Positions 13,390 to 25,616 are shown, counted from the stretch's first letter. The stretch is DNA of 64,000 bases from Lama glama (GCA_028534125.1 CM052816.1:96846001-96910000); one strand, 5' to 3'. Made by a program: numbers and translations. The notes: generated by a model not told the origin, from the sequence alone.

Positions 13390-13609
13390 ACTCAGAGAAT
13401 TAGTCGCTGCTTAGAGGGTCAGCAGACTTGAGAAGCTTTATCGCATGTCGGGACCCTGCCCCCTTCCCACAGGGCACATGCTGTTAACCTTGCCTTTGTG
13501 GTGATGCTAAAGCAAAACCAACAATCCTAATTTTGTCAGTTAAAGCAAAGACTGAATGTTCATTGAAATATTTCTTTCAAAAGGGAATAGCATACTCATA
13601 TTATTAGTT

Positions 13610-13970
13610 AGAGGAACACTAGTAACAGACTTGGAATAGCTCAACTGGCATAAACCTCCGATTTTGGTGGGTTAACACAGTAAAAGTGTGTTTTTCTCCA
13701 TTACACAACCATCCATTGGATGTGTTTTTGGTTGACCACTGGGTGGTGCAGGGACCCAGTTTACCATCTTTGAAGTAGCCATCCACAGAGTCCCTGTTTC
13801 CTCAATTTCCAGCTGAAAAAAAGGGGAAAGAAAGAGTAGAGAGGGCAGAGTCATTTCGTAAACACTCCCGCCCTAAAGTAACACACATCACTTCCTCCCA
13901 CATGATAGCGGCAAGAACTGCTCATGTGACCACACTTGCTGTTGGAGGGCTGGTAAATGGGGTCCCTAAC
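13610..13970 (-). mobile_element. MLT1 (J/K-like) MaLR LTR
   Basis: gggttaacacagtaaaagtg, cagggacccag, cacacatcacttcctcccacat...catgtgaccacac...ggagggctggtaaatg are MLT1 antisense hallmarks. Confidence 0.65.
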
Positions 13971-14649
13971 TGGATCACTCAGGGGAGCTCCTCACGACGG
14001 ACCAGGGAGCACCAACACCCGCTTGGTATCTAGAGGTCTCCACCGCTCGTACAGGTGAACAAAGGGCCTGATGTTTGAAGGAAGATGTTGGATTGAAAAC
14101 ACGTGTGATTTCACCCTACCCCAGTACCCACTGCCACTTCCAGTTGAAAGGTTAAAAGCAATAATAACAAATAACACATGAAAAAGAGTGAAAATGGAAG
14201 ACAAAACAAACCACCAAACAGGAGGAACCTACAGCTTAAACTGGTCAAAGGATAACTGGCTTAAAAACACAAGGCAACCAAGTCAACGCTGCAGAGGGAA
14301 CACAGAGGGTCTCTCGAACAAAGCAGGAGTCAGCTTCCTCTGGAAGCAGCGGCAAAGGGTGAGCATGGGGGTGCTCGTTTGACTTGGTCAAGCTGGAACT
14401 TCCACATCTGGTGCTGAGTGAGTGAGTAAGTAAGCGACCAAAAGAGAGGCTGTCCTGAGATTTGGGGAGGTGACTGTCAAGCAGCAGCCCCAAAGGCTGA
14501 GGTGGTTGAGAGACAGTTATCAGAGTTCCCGGAAGGGGAGGTTCCAGCCTGTGCCGCACACTCTCTGTTTCCATCTGGATCTTCTTCCTGACCCTTGACC
14601 CCACCGAGCCCAGTGGGCCCAGCGCATCACCACATGCTCGGCTGTGAGC

Positions 14650-15187
14650 CGTCAGTGTCCTCCAGCCGGAGGTCACCAAGAGCACAGCTGTACTCAAACA
14701 GGTTGAGTTTTTGTCATTGTCACAATGACGGAGCACACACACCGGTGGGAACCGCAGGGGGTCCCAGGATGAGGTGTTAGAAAGAAACTATAATAGGATT
14801 TGGACTTTGGCTGGTGATTTGGGGGAGATTTTAGTGAAGTGGGGCTCTGCTCTCTGTTGGAAACATTCCGAAAGTGAGAAGATTCTATGATCAGTATCTT
14901 AATAAATCTCGCCTGAAGGAGGGAAGACGGAAGTGAAGCTGCAGCTGTCCTTGGTGACGAACAAGCTGCTGCGCCCGCGGCTGGGGGAGCGCGACGCCGG
15001 GACTTCGCGGCTCTAATGACATTCTCTGTTTAGACATGATCACAAAGTGGTCTTAATTTTATTTTTTTTTTTTTGTTTTGATCTATCAGCCACAGAGCGG
15101 CCTTGTCTCATGCTGATGTTCTGTGAAATTGTCCACGTCCAGCAGAACATCCAAGCCTCCCTGTGGGGGCCAGGCCGGCACACAACA
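14650..15187 (-). mobile_element. MER67-like ERV1 solo LTR
   Basis: gtcagtgtcctccagcc, ggtgttagaaag, tataataggatttgg, tatcttaataaatct, ggccttgtctcatgctgatgttctgtgaaattg and gccaggcc...aaca follow the recalled MER67 reverse complement in order. Confidence 0.75.
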
Positions 15188-15924
15188 CCGAGACTTGGCT
15201 GCCAACGCCAGGACACCCCCCGAATGTCGGGGCCGCACGGGTATTTCTGAGGGTGCACAGACCTCTGGCATGGCCTGGCACGGACTTCTTCGCAGCCCAG
15301 CCTCTGGGCTGCATGATCCTGGCTTCTCTAACTGGCTGGTGGCTCTCTCCTCTTATGCTCCAACTTGCCTTTATAAACCTTCACGTCTCCAGCTGATCTC
15401 ATAGTTGTGTCTGAGCTGATTTCTGCAATAAATACCTTATCTCAAAACTAAAAATGTTTCTGCTCCCCTAATTAAACACTGACTGTGATACGGGACTCAG
15501 ATAAGGAAGGTGAATTGAAAGCTGTTTGAGAAGCAGGTGGATGCCTGGATACCGAAACCGCCCTCCAAATCCGTGCCTGGAGAGGCTGCCCTTCTCAGTC
15601 ACGGCAAGATAATGGAGCTCTGTGCCTTTAGAAGACAAAACAGAGGGACCGTGGACTGAGGAATTTCAGGCATACATGAAGGCAGGCTAGGTTTCCAGAG
15701 ACAGGGGAATGATTTTAAAATATGTGAGCTGAATGCCGACTTCACCGGTCTCCTTTTTCTACTCAGCCCTCAAAGTTCTGCAGTCACGCACAAACGCACC
15801 CTGTGCAAGGGACCGGGAGGGATCTGCTCTGTGAAATCTGGCACATATACAACAGAGGGCTGACCGCTTAAAGCATCAAATGATCATAAACGACAGATGC
15901 CAATTTGTCTGCCTGACGAATTAA

Positions 15925-16630
15925 CTCCACTGTCATTGATAACTGAATTCCTTTACTCTTGGTAACATTCTTTTCTCTGAAACCTACTTTGTCTAAAATC
16001 AATGTGGCTATTCCATCTATCCTCAAATTCCTGTTAGCATGCTGTATATTTTTTTCGTCTCCTTATTTATTTGGCTTCCTTTATTTAAATTGGTCCCAGG
16101 CAGTACATAGTTGGGTCTTACTCTTTTATACAATCTGGCAATCTTTCCCTTTTAGTTGGTTGTTTAGACTGTTTATACTGAGTGTGATTAATGCTATACT
16201 TAAATTTATGTCCATCATCTTGCTATTTGTTTTCTATTTGGCCCATCTTTTTTTTTTCTTTCTTTCCTATGTTCTTTTATTATCTCAATGGATCTTTACA
16301 TAGATACCACAGGCACCCTACAGGTTATATTTTATGTATAAAAAACTCACAATAATATATGTCTATATCACTCCTCCCAGCCTTTGAATAAAGGTTTGTG
16401 GTTATATTCTTGAATTTAACCTATATTATAAACACTATGCTACGTTTTGTTACTTTTTGTTTAAACAACACATTAATTTTAAAGAAATGTAAATAACACT
16501 GTAAAACAGTTTTGCATATTTACGCATGTGGGAACCATTTCCAGGGCTCACCGTTCCTTTTGTAGACCATCCACCTGATGTCATCTTCTTTTCGCTAGAA
16601 GGACTTTCTGTAAGATTTCTTCCAGGGCAC
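15925..16630 (-). mobile_element. Old L1 fragment (ORF2 start/inter-ORF region)
   Basis: ctactttgtctaaaatcaatgtggctattcca, cagtacatagttgggtctt, caatctggcaatct, tgtttagactgtttatac are antisense L1 endonuclease-region phrases. This explains the hydrophobic ORF 15959-16303. Confidence 0.75.
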
Positions 16631-17898
16631 TGAGCCAGGGTCGAATTGCTCTGTTTGTCATACTTGGAGGAATGAGTAAGAGCTCTCTGTACCTATGCAT
16701 CTCCTCAACTGCTGTCAATCGACTAACTAAGCCAGAGAGTCGGGGACCAGTGGCACATAGGGATTATTCGTGCCTGACTTCTTCACCATGAGTGCGAACT
16801 GGGGGACTAGTTCTCTTTAGTGCGTTGTGTGTTTTGCATGTTGATAAATCAGAAGAAAATGCTTTCTTAAAGTATTTAAACTTTCAAAGCACTGATTTCT
16901 ATATAAATATATGTGGGACTTTAAAATGATTCCTCATGATTTTACGCAATGGTTTAGAACATGCGATCCAAGGATGGATACCAGATGTACATGTTTCATA
17001 AACGTTAACAGTAGAGGGCATTGGACTCCCCCCCCCCCACTTGACTCCATATTTTGAGAAAACTGTCTGCCTAGAGAGCCCCTTGTGTCCCATCTGTCTC
17101 AGATGACTTCTTCTCTCGCTGTCACTTGCTCTTGCCGTAGGCCATGGGATGTTTCCCGAATTCATCCGGCCCCACTCTTGGCTGCACATCTCCATGTTCT
17201 CTTCCTCCAGTCGCCGCAGAAAGTGGTGTGTGTGCCACGTCTCCTCGTCTCCTCTCCATTACATTCAGTGTGGCTTCTGTTTACAAACTGCTGGGACTTC
17301 TCAGCAGGACGGCTGCCACGTTATGTGCAGTTAGTGAGTGTGTGGAGTAAATGAATGAACGAGCCACAGTGTATTTTTTGAAAATAGGCACTATTAATCA
17401 TTTCTTCTGTACATCATCCTCACAAGTCCTTGGCTCTTCAAGGTCAGATAAAACACTCATCATAAAAGGAATTAATTTATGCTAATCCTTGAGATCTGCC
17501 TCACACATTCTTCTGTGGGCCATGTATCTTCAGCACCTCAGACATCATGCACGTCTCTAGTATAGTCTTCATCTGGTCCCCATCTTTCTAACTAGTCTGT
17601 GCCTTCAGGGTCCAGATCAGCAGGGATCATAAATAGGAATTTATTGACGCAGATTCTTGCCTTTCCTGGGGCAGCTCGTTCCCGCCAGTCCTTAGAGGAA
17701 GATTCTCTCATTGGAATGAGAAACATGGGCAGAATGTTAGGAGGAATCCCTCCTGGTGAGGCACAGGGATGTGGTGGAAAGAATATGGGCACTGGGGTTG
17801 TCAGAGTGCAGTTTGGTAAACAAAGTCCTGTCTGGGCCAGGCTCTGCTCTAGACAGTGGAGACAGGACAGATAAGGACAACAGAGTAACAGATGAGAA

Positions 17899-18026
17899 TA
17901 GGTAGGCAGGTAGGCAGGCAGGTAGGCAGGTAGGCAGGTAGGTAGGCAGGTAGGCAGGTAGGCAGGTAGGCAGGTAGGCAGGTAGGCAGGTAGGTAGAAA
18001 GAAAGGTAATAGATAGATAGATAGAT
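17899..18026. repeat. (TAGG/CAGG)n compound microsatellite followed by (TAGA)n
   Basis: 24 tetramers at 17899-17994, mostly alternating CAGG/TAGG, then a short TAGA run. Confidence 0.95.
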
Positions 18027-19604
18027 TTTATTCTCTTTCTGCCACTTAACATTTGTGGAACCTAGCATAAGTTATAGCAATGATCTAAGCCTCAGTCTAG
18101 ATAAAATTATTTAAATGCTTATAGGGTTTCTGCAAGAACTAAATAAGCCATCATATATACATATATATGTGTGTATGTATACAGAAATATATCTGTATTT
18201 ACCTATTTATAGATAAAACATGTGAGTGTCTATATACACAGATACATCTTTGTCTATTCCTAGAGAGAAAGAGAAATGAGCTTGTCGCATGATATGATAA
18301 ATATGCCTTCCCATTCTTCTCAGTTCCTCTCCTATGATGCAGTGAAAACCACTGTCTATTTATTTTGTCATCTGAGACTCAGCTTTATCTATAGACCCTT
18401 CTCAACCTTCAGCATCAATCATAGACCAGGATGTACCCATGTGCCTTCCTAAATGGCTCCAGATGACTTCTGAGCATTCCAATAACACTCACTGCTCCGG
18501 ATCTGCCACTCCTGCAGGAGAGCGCTTGGCAATGCTGGGTTGACCTGGGAGTGAGTTTTTCTCCAGCTCCCGCAGACCTCCAAGGACCGTACTGAGAGCT
18601 GTCTTCACACGGTCAATATTCTCAGCAGTAGCTGTGGCCTCATTAATGACGTAACTCTAGAGATGAAAAGTCCCGGATCCCATTATCAGTCCCTACTTCA
18701 GACACGAACTCTGGGACATGATGGCTCTTCCTGGGGCTTCCGCAGCCAAATGACACCATCAGTGCCTCCTACCTGGAGGCTGCACTAATTACGGTGCCAA
18801 GATGCATGCTGTATTTCAGTTAACTGAGTTCATTTGCTAGTTTGCAAAGACACACAATTAATAAAAAGTTGTGCATGCCATTTTTTTTTTTGCAGGTCAG
18901 CTTTGAAATCATAACTGTTTTGACTGATTGGCTCTGAATAAAATGAGGAAAACAGTTCATGTGGAACTACTCATAGGCGGAGGTGATGAACATATGTGTC
19001 TAATTTGAGCTGAGGGAAAAGCAAAATAAACAAATTTAGCAAATCTTAGTTCTTGACAACCATTCACAGGATAGTTCGTCTAAGAAATGAGCAGATGGTT
19101 CAGGGAATGAAGAACCTAGCTGGTTCTGGTGTGTAAATAAAGCTTCTAGACTCCGAGTCTCATGACTGCTGAAATCTCATTCCTTTCGACATCAGGGTCA
19201 AGTCTCGAATATTTCCTGCGGATTTTCCCACCAATAAACCGACACTGCTTACCCGCGCAGGTGAGTACGGTGCGGACCGCCTGGGCGCCCTCACCAGCCT
19301 ACATCACACTTTAGGTAGGATGAGTTTCTCAAGATTATTAGTTCTCTCTGGAGTTGCCACATCTGGATGTGATCAGGGGTTTGATTTGCTTCAGGTGAGT
19401 GTCAAGTATGATGGGCGGCAGGTGCTGATTGCCATCTGCACGGTAAGGAACTGTGGGCTCAAAGTGGAGGAGGGTTTGGCCGTCATGATGCTTGGCTTTG
19501 ATGGGGACCTAATCTGCCACCCAGAATGTGTCACTTTGCCATGCAGATTATTTCCAGCTGAAGACAGTCAGGGCCTAGCAGCCTCATAAATAGCATTTCA
19601 CTTC

Positions 19605-19966
19605 CCCCTTAACTGCCTAAAAGGATTTAGATAAGGGGCCTGTACCCAGAAGAGAACTATTACCAAAAATAATTTTTTTACAGGAAAGACTTACTTACAT
19701 GGCATAGCAAATATTTGTTAATCAAACATCTGCTCTTCTCAGCTTCCTGTGAATCATCTTGCCCCCTTTTGAGACCCCAGACCCCAACCTCCTTCTTATC
19801 TCAGGATGGCATGTAAGCCTCAATTACCCAGCTGCTGGGAAGGCTCATATTTCCATGGGGCTCCCATATGTACACAATTTATTTTCTTCCTATTAAGCTG
19901 TCTGATGGCAACGTAATGATTAGATCAACCAAAGTAACAAGAAGGGATAAGTTTTCTGTCCCCACA
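19605..19966 (+). mobile_element. MER34/MER39-like ERV1 LTR (5'-truncated)
   Basis: taactgcctaaaaggatttagataaggggcctg...ggggctcccatatgtac...ttttctgtccccaca. Related to 33096-33647 and 61004-61535. Confidence 0.7.
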
Positions 19967-20204
19967 ACTGTTTCGCTGACAATTGTTTTACTAACAGTCA
20001 GACTATGGGCAACATGTCTCTTCTGGGCATGTCTGTTTGTATTTTAATTCCTAATCCTGAATACACAATATTTATTATTGATAATAAAGTTTGTGCTTGC
20101 ATCATAATTTATAAAAAGAGATATTGTTATTAAGGTTTCTCTGATGACTTAAAGGCATCTTCCCGAACGTAGAGGAGAACACCAGCTTTAACACGCAAGA
20201 CTAC

Positions 20205-20340
20205 GTGTCCTGGAGGAAAAGGGTGCTGGACCAGGAGCCACACCCCAGGTGCCGCAACCCTGAACTCAACGTGCCAATCAGGAGAAAGCGCCTTAGTTTC
20301 TTGAGGCCTTCATTTCCCCGTCTTTAAACAGGCTGTTTGA
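20205..20340 (+). mobile_element. Diverged MIR SINE
   Basis: gaaaagggtgctggaccaggagcca...ttcttgaggccttcattccccgtctttaaa is MIR-like. Confidence 0.5.
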
Positions 20341-21310
20341 AGGAATGACCCTCAGGATTCAGCCCAGCCCACAAGTCCCAGAGCTTGACGGCGGTGAGGG
20401 TAGAATGTCCCTTCCAGACGGTCTGATGGGTTCTTCAGCAGAGCAAGGAAGCTTGATTCCATGCAGAGGCCGTGTTCCCAGGAAACGTGTCCAAGCCACC
20501 AGGCTACAGGGAACTCATCCTTTGGGCTTCATCTACCTTGAGGGAAGGGTTTCCACTGCCTGCCACGTTAGCCCCCAGGTCACAAGTTCAGGCACAGAAG
20601 GGATGCCCCAGATGCACGGCTTCTCATAGCCCAAGAGAAGCATGGACATCTCTCTGCACCAATGTTGTTAGCAGGGATGCAGCGTCGGTGATTGTACACC
20701 TTTAAGTCAACGCAAGGAAAGCTTTTCTCTGTCTGGGTTGCCCCGTGTGGGCTGCCCCAGGGAACTTCTCACCAGGGGATCCAGCACAGAACCGGGATGG
20801 GGAAGGAGTCTCCCGCCCCAAGGGGCTGAGTACTGTGGCACTCACAGTGTGGCCCTCAGGCTAGAGCGTTAGCATCACTGAGGGGCTTGATGGACCTTCC
20901 AGGGGACTGCGTCCTCAGGGGATGCACGTGCAGAATCTGAGAATTGCTGGGAATGGGGAGGAGCACTTAGCAACAGCCCCAGGCATTTCAGTGTAATCTC
21001 TTGCCGGGGAGCTGAGCTGGGAGGGGAGAGCTGGCGCCGCAGTCATGGAGAGGCGTTCTGCAGTGAGCAACTGGGGCAAGAGGGCAGATCTCGCAAGTTT
21101 AATTAGATCTAATGCCTATCTTCTCCAAACTCCTCTATTTTCTCTAAGCATGCCATTTTATTCAGGCAGGAGGAGTCCCGTTCTGTCTGCCCAGAACCTT
21201 CTGTCCTCACCTTCATGAACTTTGGCTTGAGCTGATTACACACTCACGGTGGGGGTAAGGGTCAGTCTCCATCGCTCACCTGCACTGAGGTGGTCGTAGT
21301 GGGTAAGAAG

Positions 21311-21783
21311 TGTCAACTGAAATGAATGCACAACCTAAAAGCTGAGAGCTATGTTTTATTTGGTGGACAAATCAGAGGACTCAGCCCAGGATGACGGCCT
21401 CTCAGATGGCTCCGAGGGACTGCTCCGAAGAGGTAGGGGAGGAGCTAGGATATACAGGAGTTTTACAACAAAGACCAGGTAGTCAGAACGTTAAAAGATT
21501 ACTTGTTAACAAAAGAAAACCAGGCATCTCAAGTTAAAGAATTTAGCGCTCTTCTATATACGGGAGGGAGCAAACATTGGGGCTCACTGAATTCATTCCT
21601 TTGACAAGCACCTAGCTACCTAGGGCCAGAGTCCTGTCCTTTCTTATTCTGGGTCCCCTCAGAGGGCACCACTGTGAGTGGCTGCAGGCTTGTCTGCACT
21701 GGGGGGTGGCGGCAGCCACTGATGACTTGATGGCTTCAGCATTCCTTGTTTACTGACATGGTTTGCAGTATTCTTCCTTCACA
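21311..21783 (-). mobile_element. ERV1-class solo LTR, family A copy 2
   Basis: TG...CA termini with a perfect 4-bp TSD gaag (21307-21310 and 21784-21787). Minus-strand AATAAA at 21355-21360. Collinear with 3440-3903. Confidence 0.93.
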
Positions 21784-23077
21784 GAAGCAAATGTGTAGTT
21801 TATTTTCTCAAGTTCAGTTTCAACTGGGCAGTTTAGACTCGCTGACATGAGAGGGGCTGCCATCTACAAGGCCAGCGTTGCCAGCCCACCCGAAGCAGCT
21901 CAGCACATTTTGGGTCTAAAGAAGCGGTCCTAGATGAAGGATGGGCAGCAGGCGAGGAGAAAGACAAAGACAAGACCAACAGGCCAGTGACTTTCACCAG
22001 AGACTGGGTCCAGATCTGCCTCCAGGCACAACATAAGTGGACTGCCTGTGCTGATGACAGCGGGTTAGTATGGGAGAGACTAACCTCCTTCCACCTGTCC
22101 ACTAGCTTATTTATTTTGGAATAGACTTTTGAGCAGGGGAGTTATTTCACAGAGAGATTGCAATCTAAATGATATTTGGCTTCCATTACGTTTGCAGTCC
22201 TTAAAATGCGTAGTGGTCTCCCAGCAGGCTTTGCAGACAGAATTCTTCCCTGCTGACGGAGAGTTCGGGTTTGAACGTGCAGGTGTGTGAGTGCCGGCTC
22301 CCTGGGGGAGGCCAGGTGTGCACTGGCCGAGATTCTGGATATGATGGAGCCCCCTGGTGGCTGAGACAAGGGTTGCGATCTCATTGCTAAGCAACGGAAG
22401 CCTTCCAGGTCCTCAGACTGGTGCGCCTTCTCTAGCTGTTTCTTCCCATACCCCAGAAGGCAGCTAGAAAGAATTCGCTTCCTCCTGTGCCTTCAGATAT
22501 TGGGGGGAAAAAAATCGGTTCTTTGTAGCTGAATTGCATTCTAGTTAGAACATCAGTCTTAAGTCATCAGAATGAACTTACTGGCTGAAAGTTGCTATCA
22601 AAATTCCAAGTCGTATTTATTCCACAACCCAGTGATTCTTCGTGCGCAGCCTATAGACTCGTCATCCAGTCTCGCCACTGCTGTCTCCCAAGACTGTTAA
22701 CCTGCTAGTAGTTTTAAATCTCAGAAGCAATTTGTTTTCAGAAATTCTATTGACTTTAATTACAGTTTAAGGCAAAGCTGTGGCTTAAAATTAAATTATA
22801 GTTAATAGAAACATGAGAACTAATATCCATAATAATCCACTAATTATTGATCCAACTCAGCATCTGAGAGCTAAGGGCCCTGTTTTTCCCCGCTCTGCTC
22901 AGGAAAATGAATTCCACTGTAAATGCACATTCGATATGTCATGTATTGTTGTGACTACAACTTTGCCTTAAAATGTAGAATAATTTGGGTGTGAAATTTG
23001 TCTTATGCGGCATTCCATAAGCACATCTTCCGACATAAAGCACAGCCCCACATTTGATCTTTCGACATTTAACAGTG

Positions 23078-23178
23078 TGGAATTTCCAATCCCACTCACT
23101 GATGGACTTGGTAATAATTCCATTGCTGCAGTGGGCCTTCAGCTGAGAATCCAAGGGAATTCTTCCCGGGGAAATTCC
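23078..23178. promoter_or_regulatory. Cluster of NF-kB consensus sites (candidate inducible enhancer)
   Basis: TGGAATTTCC at 23078-23087, GGGAATTCTT (imperfect) at 23155-23164 and GGGAAATTCC at 23169-23178, in apparently non-repeat sequence. Function is inferred from motifs only. Confidence 0.4.
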
Positions 23179-23659
23179 ATGTGAGCTTTGTGAATCTCAT
23201 GACTATTCTGAGTCCTCTTAATTTATTCTGTCCTGTCTACTGCAAGTTCCCACAAGTTCCCCCTTTGTGGTCCAGCTGAATTATTGCTCACAATTTGCTG
23301 AGAAAAGACCCCATAACTTACATTGGCTAATATGACCCTTTAGCCCATCACCCTGGCCCTGCATTCTAGCCCAATGAAAGGGCCAGGACAAGCTTTCTTA
23401 GAAAAACTCTAATGCAGTCCTCAAGGTTAACTTCCAAGGAATCTCAAGAAAAAAGAAACCTTTACAGGAAATTGGCATGAAAGGGGAATGAGAAGCTTAG
23501 GTGTACTTCCCACTCCCCCCGTTAGCTGTCTCCCGTGACTGGTTCCACTGCTTTTGGAGGAGCCACAAGGGTGGGCCTTGCAACAGTTCAGTGTTCTAAA
23601 GCTCCCTGAACAAGTGACTTCTCCCACCTACCGCCTCTAACTGACCTATGGCTGGAAAG

Positions 23660-24006
23660 TGTTAAAAAGAAACAAATTTCAAATGGGGTCACTTCTGCTA
23701 AACCTCACCAAAACATAATGCCTAACCTAATTACTGTTTTAGCCAGCCCCAGGAGTGAAATTTTAAATGGATCAGTCTGGAATTTCCTGGTCTGCACTAG
23801 TGAGGTAATCATGCCTGAAACAACCCCTTCTCTCTGCTGGCTGGTAACCCTCTTGTCTTGTCCCGTTTCTGCTAAAGCCTTCCATTTGCACAGCTCCTTG
23901 AAGGAGCTCGTTTCTACCTGCTAGATGTGATGTTACATGAGTCATGAATTTTGAATAAAGCCAATCAGACCTTCAAATTTCTTTGGTTGAATCTTGTTTT
24001 TTAACA
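23660..24006 (+). mobile_element. ERV1 solo LTR (MER57-like)
   Basis: tgttaaaaag...ttttttaaca termini, AATAAA at 23954-23959, about 350 bp. The TSD is not preserved. Confidence 0.75.
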
Positions 24007-24255
24007 CTAGAAATTCAGTATGCTGAAAATAAGACTTAGCAGAAAACTCATGGCTCTTTGAGTTTTTCTCATTAACCAGTGGAACCAATCATTGTGTAAA
24101 TGAGTCACAAAGATTGCCTTCAGGCCATCGCAGAAGTCAGACGGCCACGGGAAAGCCTCCCTATGCAAGAAATTAAGTTTTTGTTTGCCAGAACTGCTGG
24201 GAATCCTAAACGTAAAACTAACTTGCATCTCCCATTTTGTATTTCAAACACGTTC

Positions 24256-24312
24256 TTTTTTTATTGAAGTACAGTCAGTTTACAATGTTGTGTTAATTTC
24301 TGGCGTACAGCG
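24256..24312 (-). mobile_element. Extremely 5'-truncated camelid-type L1 3' end with TSD
   Basis: Poly-T followed by attgaagtacagtcagtttacaatgttgtg..., the same terminus type as 46631-47049. Flanked by tcaaacacgttctt (24244-24257) and tcaaatgcattctt (24315-24328). Confidence 0.85.
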
Positions 24313-25450
24313 TATCAAATGCATTCTTAATTTGATATGTACATTATCTCAAGTGAAAATAGAGCTACTAGTATTTACTTTTGCGTGTCCTTATTTCAAA
24401 GATAGGCAAGACTCTGAAACATCAACTTTGATTAAAATAAAAATAAATGTGAGGATGTGATGTACAATGTTCAAGGTAAAAAAAAAATCTATGTGATCAA
24501 TCCACATGAGAACAAAAGAAATCAAAATGCTCTCCACTTGGGCATGTGTCATGATTTTAACTATTCTGTAAACATTGTAATGATATGTAATGCGTTCTGA
24601 GATCCGTTTGATTATAGGGGTATTGGTTACTAAACTGCATGATTAAATTGCATTTATTTTGGAGTATCTCCCTTGTCATTTCTTAGTGAAGCTCTTAATA
24701 GTCTCTGGTAACTGAGAAGCAGAAATGGACATTTTTTTAGTATATCTGAGTTTGCAGTAATATAAGGGATTTTCACAGTTCACCCAAAGAAGACTGCAAG
24801 AGAGTGAAGAAAAATGATTACCTGCCCATAGCAGAGGTCAGTCAGTTCCTGCAGTTAAACACGTATCTGGCTGCTGTGCACATTTTACTCAGTGCAGGGG
24901 AAAAATGTGGAGGGCAGAGTTTGCCCCAGGAGAATCTCCTGGTGTAGTAACAAAAAAGGACTTTTAAAGAAAGTTAATTAAGGATTCTAGGTGCAACAAT
25001 AGCTCAACTCGTATTAAATACATCTGGATCAGAGCAACAGACCCCTCCCCAGGGACCAAGAGAGGCAGGGGAAAGGGGGGTATTCAAAAGTGTGCCTGCA
25101 TTTCATCAGGGAGAAATAGGCTAAAATTTTAAATTTTATCTAGTAGCCATTGAGATAGCTCTGATGGGTTTTAATCAAAGAGGCAACCATATAAGTACTA
25201 ACATTTTTACTTTCAAATGATTACTATGGGAAATTGTTCTGACATTCAGAGAACAAATTTCTGAAAAATATTTGCTGTTTTTCTACAATAGCGTCATACT
25301 TCTGCCGTGTATATTCAGATCTTTTAACCATCTGGAGCCTTTTTTTTTTTTTTTTTACCTGAGTGGTGATATAATTTTGTTTTCTCTATAGGATGAGCCA
25401 AATTTTTCATTATCTGCTTGCGATATGGGTCCATTTCTCTATTCCTTTTT

Positions 25451-25616
25451 GGCAGGATTTCTCAGCCTCAACGTGACTACCATTTTGGTCTGGGTAATGC
25501 TTTGTTGTGGGGACTGTCCTGTGTGTTGTGGAAAATTTAGCATCATCCCTAGTCTTTACCCTCTACATCCCGGTAGGACACGCCCCTCCCCAGTTTTGAC
25601 ACCAAAATTGTCTTCA
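25451..25616 (+). mobile_element. MER20 DNA transposon relic, cut by the assembly gap
   Basis: caggatttctcagcctc...ctttgttgtggggactgtcctgtgtgttgtgg...tttagcatcatccctagtctttaccc...ccccagttttgacaccaaaa matches MER20. Confidence 0.85.

Noticed and set aside
15959..16303. Hydrophobic 114-aa ORF resembling a membrane protein
   Set aside because: It is the T-rich antisense strand of an L1 fragment.
17592..18068. 158-aa ORF with LPAY/LPTC repeats
   Set aside because: Translation of the (CCTG/CCTA)n microsatellite.
3440..21783. Two same-orientation LTRs as the ends of one 18-kb provirus
   Set aside because: Each has its own TSD (gtcc/gtac vs gaag), and the intervening DNA is ordinary L1/MIR/MLT-containing sequence with no gag/pol/env.
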